A program made the translations under genes and the position numbers. From Candidatus Harrisonbacteria bacterium (GTDB taxonomy: Bacteria; Patescibacteriota; Minisyncoccia; UBA6257; 02-FULL-45-10c), in contig JACROC010000007.1 of assembly GCA_016214655.1 (NCBI GenBank), positions 80,785 through 128,646 of the forward strand: a stretch of 47,862 bases of DNA. Reading direction: 5' to 3'. Below are positions 27,269 through 36,520 of this stretch, one piece after another. Position 1 is the first letter of the stretch; each line of letters starts with the position of its first letter. The notes under the pieces are model-generated. The model was given only the letters and a program-made list of their open reading frames with translations, made no database searches and was not told the origin of the DNA.

Positions 27269-27299
27269 ATTATTTTTTAATAAGTCCAAATAGGATTTA

Positions 27300-28973
27300 T
27301 TAAAAATTTATCGGTCCGGTTACTTTTTCGACCTCATCCAGAGTAGTCAAGCCTCCAATAACCTTCAAAACTCCGTCTTGCTGCATAGTAACCATTCCTT
27401 GTTTCATGGCATATTCTACGATTTCTAATTCTCCGCCGCCTTTGCTCATTAATTGTTCAATTTCTTTGGTAACCATTAATAACTCATAAATACCGACTCT
27501 TCCTTTATAACCAGCCGATCGGCATTTCTCGCAGCCTTTTGGTTCATAAACATCAATTTCTTTATAATCATTCCGGTCAACTCTTTCCGGTAGACTTTTT
27601 ATATATTTTTCAAATTTATTTTTTATTTCAGAATCTAATTTACTTTTAACCTTGCAATTTCCGCAGAGCCGCTTGACCAGCCGTTGGGCAATAATCAAAT
27701 TTAATGCCGGACCAATGCTGGTCGGTTTCACCCCCAGATCAACTAGACGCGGCAAAGCGCCGGCTGCTTGATTGGCGTGCACCGTCGAAAAAACCAAATG
27801 ACCAGTAAGAGCCGCCTGAATAGCTATTTCCGCGGTTTCTTTATCGCGGATTTCACCGATTAAAATCACATCTGGATCTTGGCGCATCAATGAGCGCAAA
27901 CCGTTGGCAAAAGTATAATTAGCTTCCGGATTAACCTGGGTCTGCTCAATTCCTATCACATGGTATTCGATTGGATCTTCAATGGTAATAATCTTTACTT
28001 CCGGAGAACTTTTATCCTTTAAAAAAGCGTATAACGTAGTGGTCTTGCCGGAACCAGTGGGGCCAGTATTCAAAATCAATCCATTTGGCTTTTTTAATTC
28101 TCCCTCAACTATTTCCAAATCGTCCTTACGGAGGCCCAAGTCCTGCATGCTTAAATTAATCGCATCCGGATCCAATACCCTCATTACGATAACTTCGCCG
28201 AATTCTGATGGCGCAATAGCTATGCGAAGTTCAATTTCTTTATTACCAAAACCGATTGTAAAACGGCCATCCTGAGCCTCATCGCGGACATTTAATTTTA
28301 AGTTGGAAAGTAATTTAATCCTGGAAACTAAGTGACCATAAATCGGCTTTAAAAGATCGTCCATAACATCGTGTAAATCTCCGTCTATCCGATAGCGCAA
28401 TTTTGCGCTTTTCTCCGCAGATTCAAAATGAATATCCGAGGCGCGACTTGCTAAGGCGCCGGCTAGGACTATTTCTAATATCTGCGCTGTCGGATATTTC
28501 CGAAAATCAAAAGCGTTGATCTCTTCTCTAACTTTTTTTAAAGTAGTTAATCTTTCTTTTAAACCTTCAATTCTCTCTTTATCAATATTAATTCTGCCAG
28601 TAATCGGAGCGGCCTTGGCAATAACATACCTATAAAACTCCCAGGCACGGTTAAGACTGGATAAAGAAACAACAAAGGTTTTTAGCTTCAATCCCCTTTT
28701 TTCTAAATCTTCGGTAATCTTTTTTACCAGACTAGCGGTTGGATCAAAAACGACAAGCACCACCCGGTCAGCTTTTTTTTCAATAGTAGCAACTTGAGCA
28801 GCCCTGGCTTCCTCTTCCGGAATGAGTTCTAAAGCATCAGTCTCTACTGGCTGGGTTGCCAAATTGATATAAGCAATTCCCGCTTCTTTTGCCCTCCTTT
28901 CCGCGTCTCTCTCCTCGGCCTCTTTCCGGCCTTTATCTAATATGCTCTTTATTCTTAAACCATCATCCGCCAT
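27300..28973 (-). CDS. pilB: GspE/PilB-family type II secretion / type IV pilus assembly ATPase
   Basis: 557 aa. Walker A GPTGSGKTT, Asp box ITIEDPIE, Walker B ILIGEIRD, His box TGHLVFSTVH, and a tetracysteine CGNC...CEKC motif. Confidence 0.9.
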   Translation of the reverse strand: MADDGLRIKSILDKGRKEAEERDAERRAKEAGIAYINLATQPVETDALELIPEEEARAAQVATIEKKADRVVLVVFDPTASLVKKITEDLEKRGLKLKTFVVSLSSLNRAWEFYRYVIAKAAPITGRINIDKERIEGLKERLTTLKKVREEINAFDFRKYPTAQILEIVLAGALASRASDIHFESAEKSAKLRYRIDGDLHDVMDDLLKPIYGHLVSRIKLLSNLKLNVRDEAQDGRFTIGFGNKEIELRIAIAPSEFGEVIVMRVLDPDAINLSMQDLGLRKDDLEIVEGELKKPNGLILNTGPTGSGKTTTLYAFLKDKSSPEVKIITIEDPIEYHVIGIEQTQVNPEANYTFANGLRSLMRQDPDVILIGEIRDKETAEIAIQAALTGHLVFSTVHANQAAGALPRLVDLGVKPTSIGPALNLIIAQRLVKRLCGNCKVKSKLDSEIKNKFEKYIKSLPERVDRNDYKEIDVYEPKGCEKCRSAGYKGRVGIYELLMVTKEIEQLMSKGGGELEIVEYAMKQGMVTMQQDGVLKVIGGLTTLDEVEKVTGPINF

Positions 28974-29036
28974 TAACTACATACTAGGATGGGGGTCTTA
29001 ATTTAATCAAGGAAAAATGTGGATAATTGATTTTAC

Positions 29037-29065
29037 TTGACAAATATTAATTAATATATTATAAT
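29037..29065 (+). promoter_or_regulatory. Consensus sigma70-type promoter of the lipoprotein gene
   Basis: TTGACA (29037-29042), 17-nt spacer, TATAAT (29060-29065). AAGGGGGT SD lies 6 nt before ATG 29094. Confidence 0.6.
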
Positions 29066-29093
29066 AGAAAAAGGTTCGAAAAGGGGGTGTGCT

Positions 29094-29606
29094 ATGAGAA
29101 AAATAAGGCTGGTACTACCTTGCTTTGCTATATTGGCAATGGGGTGCGCTGCGGTTAGCAATCATTCACCGAAAGTAATGGTATATACGAATATACCCTT
29201 TTTCTTTAACAACACAATTGAGGTTCAAAATTCTGCCGGGCAGCAAATTGTCATTGTGCCAAAAAATGCCGAAGGTGAGTTCGCCGCGGAATACAAGTAT
29301 GGAGAGAGAATTTGGTGGACCCTGTGGATTATCAGGGAAAAGATCCCGACAAAAATACTAGGCCTTAGCCATGGCCAGCACATTACCCTTCCTCTTTACT
29401 ATGGAACAAGTCAGTATACGGTGGAAGTTCCATTTTCAGTAAGAGTAATCGAGGACGGGAAGGTGCTTGGATTTTTCAATGATTGTTATTCCGTCTATCC
29501 GCAAAGAAGCAATCGTTTTACCTTCCATTTCGGAAGGGAAGAACTTCGGCGAATAAAACGCGGAGATCCCGGAAGATTGTGCTCTAATAGTTCTAGGTGG
29601 TATTAG
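29094..29606 (+). CDS. Hypothetical lipoprotein
   Basis: 170 aa. Signal peptide with lipobox-like LAMGC. No family recognised. Monocistronic, with its own promoter and terminator. Confidence 0.6.
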   Translation: MRKIRLVLPCFAILAMGCAAVSNHSPKVMVYTNIPFFFNNTIEVQNSAGQQIVIVPKNAEGEFAAEYKYGERIWWTLWIIREKIPTKILGLSHGQHITLPLYYGTSQYTVEVPFSVRVIEDGKVLGFFNDCYSVYPQRSNRFTFHFGREELRRIKRGDPGRLCSNSSRWY

Positions 29607-29620
29607 ATGATGATTATGAA

Positions 29621-29645
29621 GCCCCGTCGAGTGACGGGGCTTTCT
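29621..29645 (+). terminator. Rho-independent terminator of the lipoprotein gene
   Basis: GCCCCGTC-GAGT-GACGGGGC followed by TTTCT. Confidence 0.75.
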
Positions 29646-29697
29646 GTTGCTTCTTATTGTTAAAAAATATAAAATGATGGTAAAAATCCGTCTCCTT

Positions 29698-30219
29698 ATG
29701 TCAGGACATAGTAAATGGGCGCAAATAAAAAGACAAAAAGGGGTAACCGATAAAAAACGCGGTCAGCTTTTTTCTAAACTCTTAAAAGCCATTTCCATTT
29801 CAGCCAAAACCGAACCAAATCCCCAATTCAATCCCCGACTACGTTCGGCCATAGAAACCGCCAAGGCCGCAAATATTCCGAACGACAACATTCAAAGAGC
29901 GGTTTCCAAAGCTGCGGAAGCTAAAATATTGGAAGAATTTATGGTGGAAGCTTATGGGCCGGAAGGGGTAGCTTTGATAATCGAGGGGGTCACGGATAAT
30001 ACCAACCGAAGTATTTCAGAAATCAAACATATTCTTTCGGAAAATAACGCTAAAATAGCCGATCCCGGCAGCGTGCTCTGGGCATTTGAAAGGATTGATA
30101 ATGAGTGGCAACCAAAATTTCTGCAGGAAATTTCCGAAGATGGTCAAAGAAAAATCACAGAATTAATTGATGTATTAGAGAACCACGAAGATGTCTTAAG
30201 AATAACTCCAAACTTTTAA
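29698..30219 (+). CDS. yebC: YebC/PmpR-family regulator (short form)
   Basis: The in-frame ATG at 29698 gives MSGHSKWAQIKRQKG..., the canonical YebC N-terminus. The track ORF starts earlier, at a TTG. At 173 aa it is shorter than the usual ~240 aa. Confidence 0.8.
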   Translation: MSGHSKWAQIKRQKGVTDKKRGQLFSKLLKAISISAKTEPNPQFNPRLRSAIETAKAANIPNDNIQRAVSKAAEAKILEEFMVEAYGPEGVALIIEGVTDNTNRSISEIKHILSENNAKIADPGSVLWAFERIDNEWQPKFLQEISEDGQRKITELIDVLENHEDVLRITPNF

Positions 30220-30222
30220 ACT

Positions 30223-30690
30223 ATGATTATTTTGGGAATTGATCCGGGTAGTACAAGGATTGGTTATGGCATAATTGAGAACAATAAAAACCTGGAGTTA
30301 ATAGATTATGGGGTGATAGAAGTCAAAAGAAAAGAAAGCGCATTATTATTAAAGGAAATAGCCGCCAAATTATCTGACCTCATTCAAAAATACAAACCCG
30401 AATTAGCTGGCATTGAAAAACTCTATTTTTCTAAAAATGTAAAAACTGGTATTGAAGTTGCTCAAGCTCGAGGGGCAATAATACTGGAAATAAGCAGACA
30501 CCAAATTCCAATAAAAGAATTCAGCCCATCAGAAATAAAAATTGCCGTAACTAATTACGGCCTGGCCGATAAAAAATCGGTTGCGAAAATGGTCTCCAGA
30601 ATTTTAAATGTAGAAAAGCTAGGGGGGTTTGACGATGCCAGCGATGCCCTAGCAATCGCTATTACAACCGCAATGCATAAAGAGTATTGA
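30223..30690 (+). CDS. ruvC: Crossover junction endodeoxyribonuclease RuvC
   Basis: 155 aa. ILGIDPGSTRIGYG, GIEKLYF and DASDALAIAI catalytic-acid motifs. Confidence 0.9.
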   Translation: MIILGIDPGSTRIGYGIIENNKNLELIDYGVIEVKRKESALLLKEIAAKLSDLIQKYKPELAGIEKLYFSKNVKTGIEVAQARGAIILEISRHQIPIKEFSPSEIKIAVTNYGLADKKSVAKMVSRILNVEKLGGFDDASDALAIAITTAMHKEY

Positions 30691-30760
30691 CACAATTTAA
30701 AGCTATTTATATACTTGCCCAAAAGGTCGTGCTTGCAAACCAAATCTCTTAACTTTTAAA

Positions 30761-30919
30761 ATGGCAAAGAAAAAAAGAGATAATTTAGACGATGAGCTGG
30801 ACGGGAAACTGGATTATCCGGCCAATGAATCAGTAGATGAAGGGGGTACGGATTTACTTGAAGACGAAGAATTGTTGGATGAAGAACTAGAAGAATCGGG
30901 CGACGGAGAGGAATTTTAA
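30761..30919 (+). CDS. Possible 52-aa highly acidic small protein
   Basis: Below the ORF-track size cut-off. Hand translation: MAKKKRDNLDDELDGKLDYPANESVDEGGTDLLEDEELLDEELEESGDGEEF*. A strong terminator follows 15 nt downstream. No obvious SD. Confidence 0.35.
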   Translation: MAKKKRDNLDDELDGKLDYPANESVDEGGTDLLEDEELLDEELEESGDGEEF

Positions 30920-30934
30920 AAAATAAACAAAAGG

Positions 30935-30968
30935 CAATAGGGCTCCGCACTGCGGAGCCCTATTGTTT
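30935..30968 (+). terminator. Rho-independent terminator
   Basis: CAATAGGGCTCCGC-ACT-GCGGAGCCCTATTG (14-bp stem) followed by TTTC. Confidence 0.75.
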
Positions 30969-30997
30969 CATATAAGAGTTATAATAAGATTATTACT

Positions 30998-33499
30998 ATG
31001 CTGAAACGATTTAAAAAAATAACTAAGAAATGGGCTTTGGCGGCTTTATTTTCTGCCTTAATTGCTGTCGCAACTACATCAGTTACCCTTGCAATTATTT
31101 TAGCCGACCTACCAAATCCAGAACAGTTTGAGACCAGGCAAATCGCGCAATCCACAAAAATTTACGACCGCGATAATAAAATACTCCTTTACGAAATACA
31201 CGGCGAAGAAAAGCGGACAACTATACCCTTCGAAGAAATTCCCAGTTATGTCAAACGGGCGGCTATCGCGATAGAAGACAGTAATTTTTACAATAATCCC
31301 CCGTTTGATTTTAAAGCAATCATCAGGGCCCTTCTTGCTAATTTGGCCCAAGGACGCATTGTTCAGGGCGGATCAACTATAACGCAACAACTCGCGAAAA
31401 ACGCATTTTTATCACCCGAACGGACAATTATCAGAAAAATAAAGGAATTAATTGTGGCTTTTGAATTAGAGAAACGCTATTCCAAAAATCAAATTTTGAA
31501 TTTATACCTTAATCAAATTCCTTATGGCGGCAATGCTTATGGTATCGAGGCCGCAGCTCAAACTTTTTTCAATAAACGGGCAAAAGATTTAAATTTAGCC
31601 GAGTCCGCCTTACTTGCTAGCCTACCCAGAGCAACTAGTTATTATTCTCCATGGGGAAATCATATTGATGAATTATTGAAACGTAAAGATAGGGTCTTAG
31701 AAAAAATGGGGGAATTAGGATTTATCGATACAAAAGAAAAGGAAATTGCTAAAAAAATAAAACTGGAATTTTCTCAACCGATTACTAATATTAAAGCTCC
31801 CCATTTTGTTTTGGGCGTGCAAGAATATCTGAATAAAAAATACGGGGAAGAATTTATCCGTACTGCCGGCCTGAATATACAGACCACCTTAGATTGGAAT
31901 CTGCAGCAAACAGCGGAAAAAGCAGTTAAAGACGGCGCAGAAAGAAACAGAGAGCTATATAAAGGTTATAATGCCGCTCTTGTAGCTCAAGATGCCAAAA
32001 CTGGGCAAATTCTCGCGTTAGTCGGGTCCAAAGATTACTTTTCTCCACCGGAACCAGAAAACTGTCAGCCGGGAGTTAATTGTCATTTTGAGGGAAATTT
32101 TAACGTAGCAACCCAAGGATTAAGACAACCGGGATCGGCCATGAAGCCATTCGCTTATTTAACTGCTTTCCAAAAAGGTTTTACACCAGACACCATTGTC
32201 TTTGATGTCCCAACTGAATTTGCGGCTAATAATGAAAAGTGCCCGCTAATTGTAGATTTTAATAATGAAGAAAGGGACTGTTTTCATCCGCATAACTTTG
32301 ATGAGCAATTCAGGGGTCCAGTAAAACTTAGGACCGCCCTTGCTCAATCTATTAATATTCCAGCGGTTAAAACTCTTTATCTTGCGGGAATCGATAACAC
32401 CTTAAAAAATGCCCAAAACCTCGGAATCAACACCTTGACTGAACGCAGCCGTTACGGCCTTTCGCTAGTTCTGGGAGGGGGGGAGGTAATTTTGAAAGAA
32501 CTAGTTGGAGCTTATTCGGTTTTTGCTCAAGAAGGATTAAAACATGAACAGATTATGATTTTAAAAATAACCGATTCAAACGGAAATACCTTAGAAGAAT
32601 ACAAAGACTCATCTGCTCCGGTAATTAATTCCCAATATCCTAGATTAATTAACGATATTTTGACTGATATTGACGAGAGATCGGGGCTTTTCAGCTCCAG
32701 TCTTCCCTTAACCGTTTTTCCTGGACATGAAGTGGCGTTAAAAACCGGCACCACCAATGATTACCGCGATGCTTGGGCCTTAGGTTACACGCCAGATTTG
32801 GTAGTAGGGGTTTGGGCTGGCAATAACGACAACTCACCCATGGAACGCCGGGGATCAAGCATTCTTGCCGCTGTTCCAATTTGGAGCGATTTTCTGAAAG
32901 AAACGCTACGGGATAAACAATTCACATCCTTTAACAAACCCGATCCAATACTCAGTCAGTCGCCAATACTGCGCGGAGAATATATTGTAAACTATAAAAC
33001 CGTTAATCAAAACTACTCCCAAATCCACAATATTTTATATTATCTAAATAAAAACAATCCCCAAACCACTGCGCCGACTAATCCGGAAAACGATCCACAA
33101 TTCAGTAATTGGGAAACAGGAGTTTTAAGATGGGCGGAACAAAACATTCCCAATTTTACCATTGCTTACAACCAGCCAATTCCATTTGGAGCGCAGCTGG
33201 AATCTGCAAATGCAAGTCCGGACTTTGTGATTGAAATTCCCAGTCCGAAAAACGGAGATTATATTAAATCAACCAATATTGAAATTGCCGCTCTAATCAG
33301 CAGTCAAACAGATATTAAAAATATTCAGTTGATTTTTAATAATGAAATGATGGATCAGCGCGAGGGCAGCTTTGGAAAAACGGTAAATTACCAATTTAAT
33401 CTTATTCCTAAAAATTGGGAACTGCAAAATTCATTAAAAATAAAAATTACTGATATAGCTAATAATGAAAAAAATAAGGAAGTAATTGTCTTCAGATAA
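30998..33499 (+). CDS. Class A penicillin-binding protein (PBP1A-type transglycosylase/transpeptidase) with extended C-terminal region
   Basis: 833 aa. N-terminal TM. GT51 motifs EDSNFYNN, GGSTITQQLAKN and RKIKELIVAFELEKRYSK. Transpeptidase motifs SAMKPF (SxxK) and KTGTTN. Confidence 0.9.
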   Translation: MLKRFKKITKKWALAALFSALIAVATTSVTLAIILADLPNPEQFETRQIAQSTKIYDRDNKILLYEIHGEEKRTTIPFEEIPSYVKRAAIAIEDSNFYNNPPFDFKAIIRALLANLAQGRIVQGGSTITQQLAKNAFLSPERTIIRKIKELIVAFELEKRYSKNQILNLYLNQIPYGGNAYGIEAAAQTFFNKRAKDLNLAESALLASLPRATSYYSPWGNHIDELLKRKDRVLEKMGELGFIDTKEKEIAKKIKLEFSQPITNIKAPHFVLGVQEYLNKKYGEEFIRTAGLNIQTTLDWNLQQTAEKAVKDGAERNRELYKGYNAALVAQDAKTGQILALVGSKDYFSPPEPENCQPGVNCHFEGNFNVATQGLRQPGSAMKPFAYLTAFQKGFTPDTIVFDVPTEFAANNEKCPLIVDFNNEERDCFHPHNFDEQFRGPVKLRTALAQSINIPAVKTLYLAGIDNTLKNAQNLGINTLTERSRYGLSLVLGGGEVILKELVGAYSVFAQEGLKHEQIMILKITDSNGNTLEEYKDSSAPVINSQYPRLINDILTDIDERSGLFSSSLPLTVFPGHEVALKTGTTNDYRDAWALGYTPDLVVGVWAGNNDNSPMERRGSSILAAVPIWSDFLKETLRDKQFTSFNKPDPILSQSPILRGEYIVNYKTVNQNYSQIHNILYYLNKNNPQTTAPTNPENDPQFSNWETGVLRWAEQNIPNFTIAYNQPIPFGAQLESANASPDFVIEIPSPKNGDYIKSTNIEIAALISSQTDIKNIQLIFNNEMMDQREGSFGKTVNYQFNLIPKNWELQNSLKIKITDIANNEKNKEVIVFR

Positions 33500-33515
33500 T
33501 CAAATAAAAGTATTT

Positions 33516-34622
33516 CTAGCTTTTAATCGGCATCAAGATATAAAAGTAAGAATTGTCGGCTGAATTTTTAAGCAAAGCCGGTCGATTATCGCCGTTTATT
33601 CCGAATACCATTTCTTGAGAAGAAAAATTCTTCAGTCCGTCTATTAGATATCGCCAATTAAAGGAAACATTAAAATCCTTTCCCTTTGCTTTTGTAGGAA
33701 CTAGATACTTATTCTCACCCAGATACTGATTGGCAGAATAAATTTCCAAAAATTTCTTTCCATCTTTTAAGCTGATTTTCACGTCATTAATTTTGCCGCT
33801 AAAAGTACTTACCAGTTTTACGGCATTAACCAAATGTTCCCGTTCAAAAACTAAATCCGTTTCCAATGATTTGGGAATTATCTGTTCATAATCCGGATAA
33901 GTTCCGTCAATTAATCTGGATATTATTTCCAGATCATCACTTTTAAAAAGCATTTGATTAGGATCGATAAAAATCGTGACTATCTCACTCATTGAGATCC
34001 TTAATAATTCCTGAGCGGTTTTCAGAGGAATAATGATTTTAAATCCGCGCTGAAAAGTAGATTTAAATTCGTTTTCATTAATAGTTTTCTCTGCTAAACG
34101 AAAGCTGTCCGTACCAACTAATTTAAAGTTAGTAACCTGAAAATCAAACAACACCCCGCTGATTTCCGGCCTGATTTCCGATATTTGGACCGCATTGATT
34201 ACTTTGGATAAACTGTCTTTTAATATTTCAGAATTAATTTGCAGATAGTTACTGATATTCTCTAATTTTGGGATAATCGGAAATTCTTCTTCTGGTAAAC
34301 CTTGGATAACGGCTTCATAATTATCAGTTTTAAACAGTAAGGTGTTATTTTCTACGTTTAAATTTATTCTTTCGTTATTGGTATTATTGGTAATACTTAA
34401 AAGAGTTGAAAGCGGAGCAGTAATACTCCCTTCCTCAATGATTTTACCGGAAACAAATCTAGTGATGGCTAATTCCAGATTAGTCGCGGATAACTGGATT
34501 TTATTGTTAAAAGTCCTGATTAATACATTTTTTAATATAGGTAAATTGGTATTTTCAGTAACTGTTCTTTCTAGGGCATTAAGTCCGTCGCGCAAATTGT
34601 TTTTTAATATTACTAATTTCAT
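33516..34622 (-). CDS. dnaN: DNA polymerase III beta sliding clamp
   Basis: 368 aa. MKLVILKNNLRDGLNALERTV..., three-domain length, located directly downstream of dnaA. Confidence 0.9.
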   Translation of the reverse strand: MKLVILKNNLRDGLNALERTVTENTNLPILKNVLIRTFNNKIQLSATNLELAITRFVSGKIIEEGSITAPLSTLLSITNNTNNERINLNVENNTLLFKTDNYEAVIQGLPEEEFPIIPKLENISNYLQINSEILKDSLSKVINAVQISEIRPEISGVLFDFQVTNFKLVGTDSFRLAEKTINENEFKSTFQRGFKIIIPLKTAQELLRISMSEIVTIFIDPNQMLFKSDDLEIISRLIDGTYPDYEQIIPKSLETDLVFEREHLVNAVKLVSTFSGKINDVKISLKDGKKFLEIYSANQYLGENKYLVPTKAKGKDFNVSFNWRYLIDGLKNFSSQEMVFGINGDNRPALLKNSADNSYFYILMPIKS

Positions 34623-34657
34623 TTTAGTATTTATATATTTAGTTGTTGTTATAGTGT

Positions 34658-34809
34658 TGTGGATAGTGTGGATAAATAGAAAAACTACTCCTGTTTTTAA
34701 TTATTTCAAAAAGAATATTTTGTTATTAATTTAGTATTGGTTGTGGATGGATTTTGATAACAAAATATATTTTTGGAATTAATACATCTTTATTAACTTA
34801 TAATCCACA
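34658..34809. promoter_or_regulatory. DnaA-box cluster / candidate oriC segment in the dnaA-dnaN intergenic region
   Basis: Abutting boxes TGTGGATAG (34658-34666, 1 mismatch) and TGTGGATAA (34667-34675, perfect complement of TTATCCACA). Also TGTGGATGG (34742-34750, 2 mismatches) and TAATCCACA (34801-34809, 1 mismatch). AT-rich tracts lie between them. Confidence 0.6.
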
Positions 34810-34823
34810 GACTACCTGATAAT

Positions 34824-36179
34824 TTATTCTTTGTAGATGATGTCTTTGATAGCAATGACTTTTTGGTTTAAATCTTGATTTTTATTTATTTCACCGGAAA
34901 GCTTGCTATAGGCATAAATTGCCGTGGTGTGATCCCGTTTTCCTAATTTTAACCCGATATCCGGATAAGATAATCCTAAAATATCGCGAAGCAGGTACAT
35001 AGTTACTTGGCGGGGCTCTACTACGCTTTTTTGGCGGCAACGTCCGGTAAGATCGTTTGGGGAAATCTGAAAATAGTCAGCAACTGCCTTGATTACCTGA
35101 TTAGGATTGATATTTTTAGTTGGCTGCTGAATAGTCTCGTTGACTATTTCTTCTACGGCCCGGAGGGAAATGCCTGATTTTGCCTGTTGATAAAATATAA
35201 TGCGATTTAATACCCCCTCCAACTCCCGAAGATTCTTTTGGACTTTATTAGCGACAAATTCCACTATATTTTCAGGCAAATCAGCACCACGATCCTGAAT
35301 TTTGGTTCTTAGTATGGCCAAACGTAGTTCGTAGTCGGGGTACCCTATATCAGCAAGCATTCCGCCTTCAAAGCGGGAGCTCAAGCGTTCCTGCAGGGTT
35401 GGGATGAATTTAGGCGGGCGGTCCGAGGAAATAATAATTTGCTTGTTATTTTCGTATAATGCATTAAAAGTATGGAAAAATTCTTCTTCGGTAGAGGTTT
35501 TACCGCCGATAAATTGGATGTCATCGATAATAAGGACGTCAACGTTGCGGTATTTTTCTTTCATATCTTCCATCCTCTTATTTCTGATTCCGTAAATAAC
35601 ATCATTAGTAAATTTTTCAGAGGAAACATATTTTACCCGGACATTGTTGTCGTATTTCTTTTTAATCTCATTTCCGATTCCTTGGATAAGGTGGGTTTTG
35701 CCCAGCCCCACTCCGCCGTAAATGAAAAACGGATTATATTTTCTTCCAATTTCGTCAATAACCGCGCTGGCGGCGGCGAACGCCAATTCATTGGATTTGC
35801 CGACTACAAAAGAACTTAAGTTGTAACGGGGATTTAGATTGGTTTCCGGGTCGATTTTTAATTCTTCAAAAGCTAACTGGGATTTTGAAACGGTATTTGA
35901 GATTTTTTTCTTTAGATTATCAGCTGACCCCTGTTTATTGGTGACGGTGAACTCAATTTTCTTAGTAGATTCATCCAGATTCCTAAGTACGCTGAGAATT
36001 ACTTTATAATATTTATTTTCTACCCACTCTTTGGCAAAGTTATTCGGCAGGCTAACGAGCGCTATTCCGTCTTGCTTATCGATCAGGTGGCTGTTTTTCA
36101 GCCAGGTTACATAATTCGGTCTGGAAATTTGCAATTCTATTTCCGAAAGCGCGTTTTGCCAAAGTTGATCAAATTCCAT
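34824..36179 (-). CDS. dnaA: Chromosomal replication initiator protein DnaA
   Basis: 451 aa. Walker A GGVGLGKTHL, Walker B LIIDDIQF, sensor SSDRPP, and the C-terminal DNA-binding DHTTAIYA motif. Confidence 0.95.
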   Translation of the reverse strand: MEFDQLWQNALSEIELQISRPNYVTWLKNSHLIDKQDGIALVSLPNNFAKEWVENKYYKVILSVLRNLDESTKKIEFTVTNKQGSADNLKKKISNTVSKSQLAFEELKIDPETNLNPRYNLSSFVVGKSNELAFAAASAVIDEIGRKYNPFFIYGGVGLGKTHLIQGIGNEIKKKYDNNVRVKYVSSEKFTNDVIYGIRNKRMEDMKEKYRNVDVLIIDDIQFIGGKTSTEEEFFHTFNALYENNKQIIISSDRPPKFIPTLQERLSSRFEGGMLADIGYPDYELRLAILRTKIQDRGADLPENIVEFVANKVQKNLRELEGVLNRIIFYQQAKSGISLRAVEEIVNETIQQPTKNINPNQVIKAVADYFQISPNDLTGRCRQKSVVEPRQVTMYLLRDILGLSYPDIGLKLGKRDHTTAIYAYSKLSGEINKNQDLNQKVIAIKDIIYKE

Positions 36180-36370
36180 GTTTTAAAAAATTAAAAAAAT
36201 TTTGTAAATCTTTTGATTTAACCGCGATACAATTAATTTTACTGCCAGGTTACAGATAGTCAAATTACAAAAGATGAACAATCTGTGAATTTCCTGTGGA
36301 AAACTATTTTCGGAGTTTTAAAAAGCAACTATGCAGTAATTATGCGCAGAAAGAAGGCTGAGTGTCTATA

Positions 36371-36398
36371 CCCCCACACCAAAATTTTGGTATGGGGG
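36371..36398. promoter_or_regulatory. 28-bp near-perfect palindrome in the dnaA-rpmH intergenic region
   Basis: CCCCCACACCAAAA/TTTTGGTATGGGGG (13 of 14 arm positions complementary, no loop). It is a GC-rich patch in an otherwise AT-rich spacer. Confidence 0.4.
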
Positions 36399-36457
36399 CG
36401 TGGCAATTTGCATTTTTAGGCAAAAAGTTGGGAAATACAGTATAAACTTCCAATTTT

Positions 36458-36478
36458 TAATTACTAATTTCTAAAAAA
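36458..36478. repeat. Heptamer array TAATTAC-TAATTTC-TAAAAAA (left bracket of the rpmH promoter)
   Basis: TAA at 36458, 36465 and 36472 (period 7). Confidence 0.7.
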
Positions 36479-36485
36479 GTTCATC

Positions 36486-36514
36486 TTGCAAGGCTATTAA
36501 AAGTCGATTATACT
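36486..36514 (+). promoter_or_regulatory. Putative rpmH operon promoter
   Basis: TTGCAA (36486-36491), 17-nt spacer, TATACT (36509-36514), about 45 nt upstream of the rpmH ATG. Confidence 0.45.
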
Positions 36515-36520
36515 GATATA

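Noticed and set aside
27300-28973. Type IV pilus operon around pilB
   Set aside because: pilB is solitary here. No pilC, pilM-Q, pilT or prepilin genes are adjacent, so no pilus locus can be claimed from this window.
29018-29026. Perfect DnaA box (TGTGGATAA) upstream of pilB
   Set aside because: It is a single isolated 9-mer about 6 kb from the origin cluster. That is compatible with chance or simple DnaA-dependent regulation, and is not evidence for a second origin.
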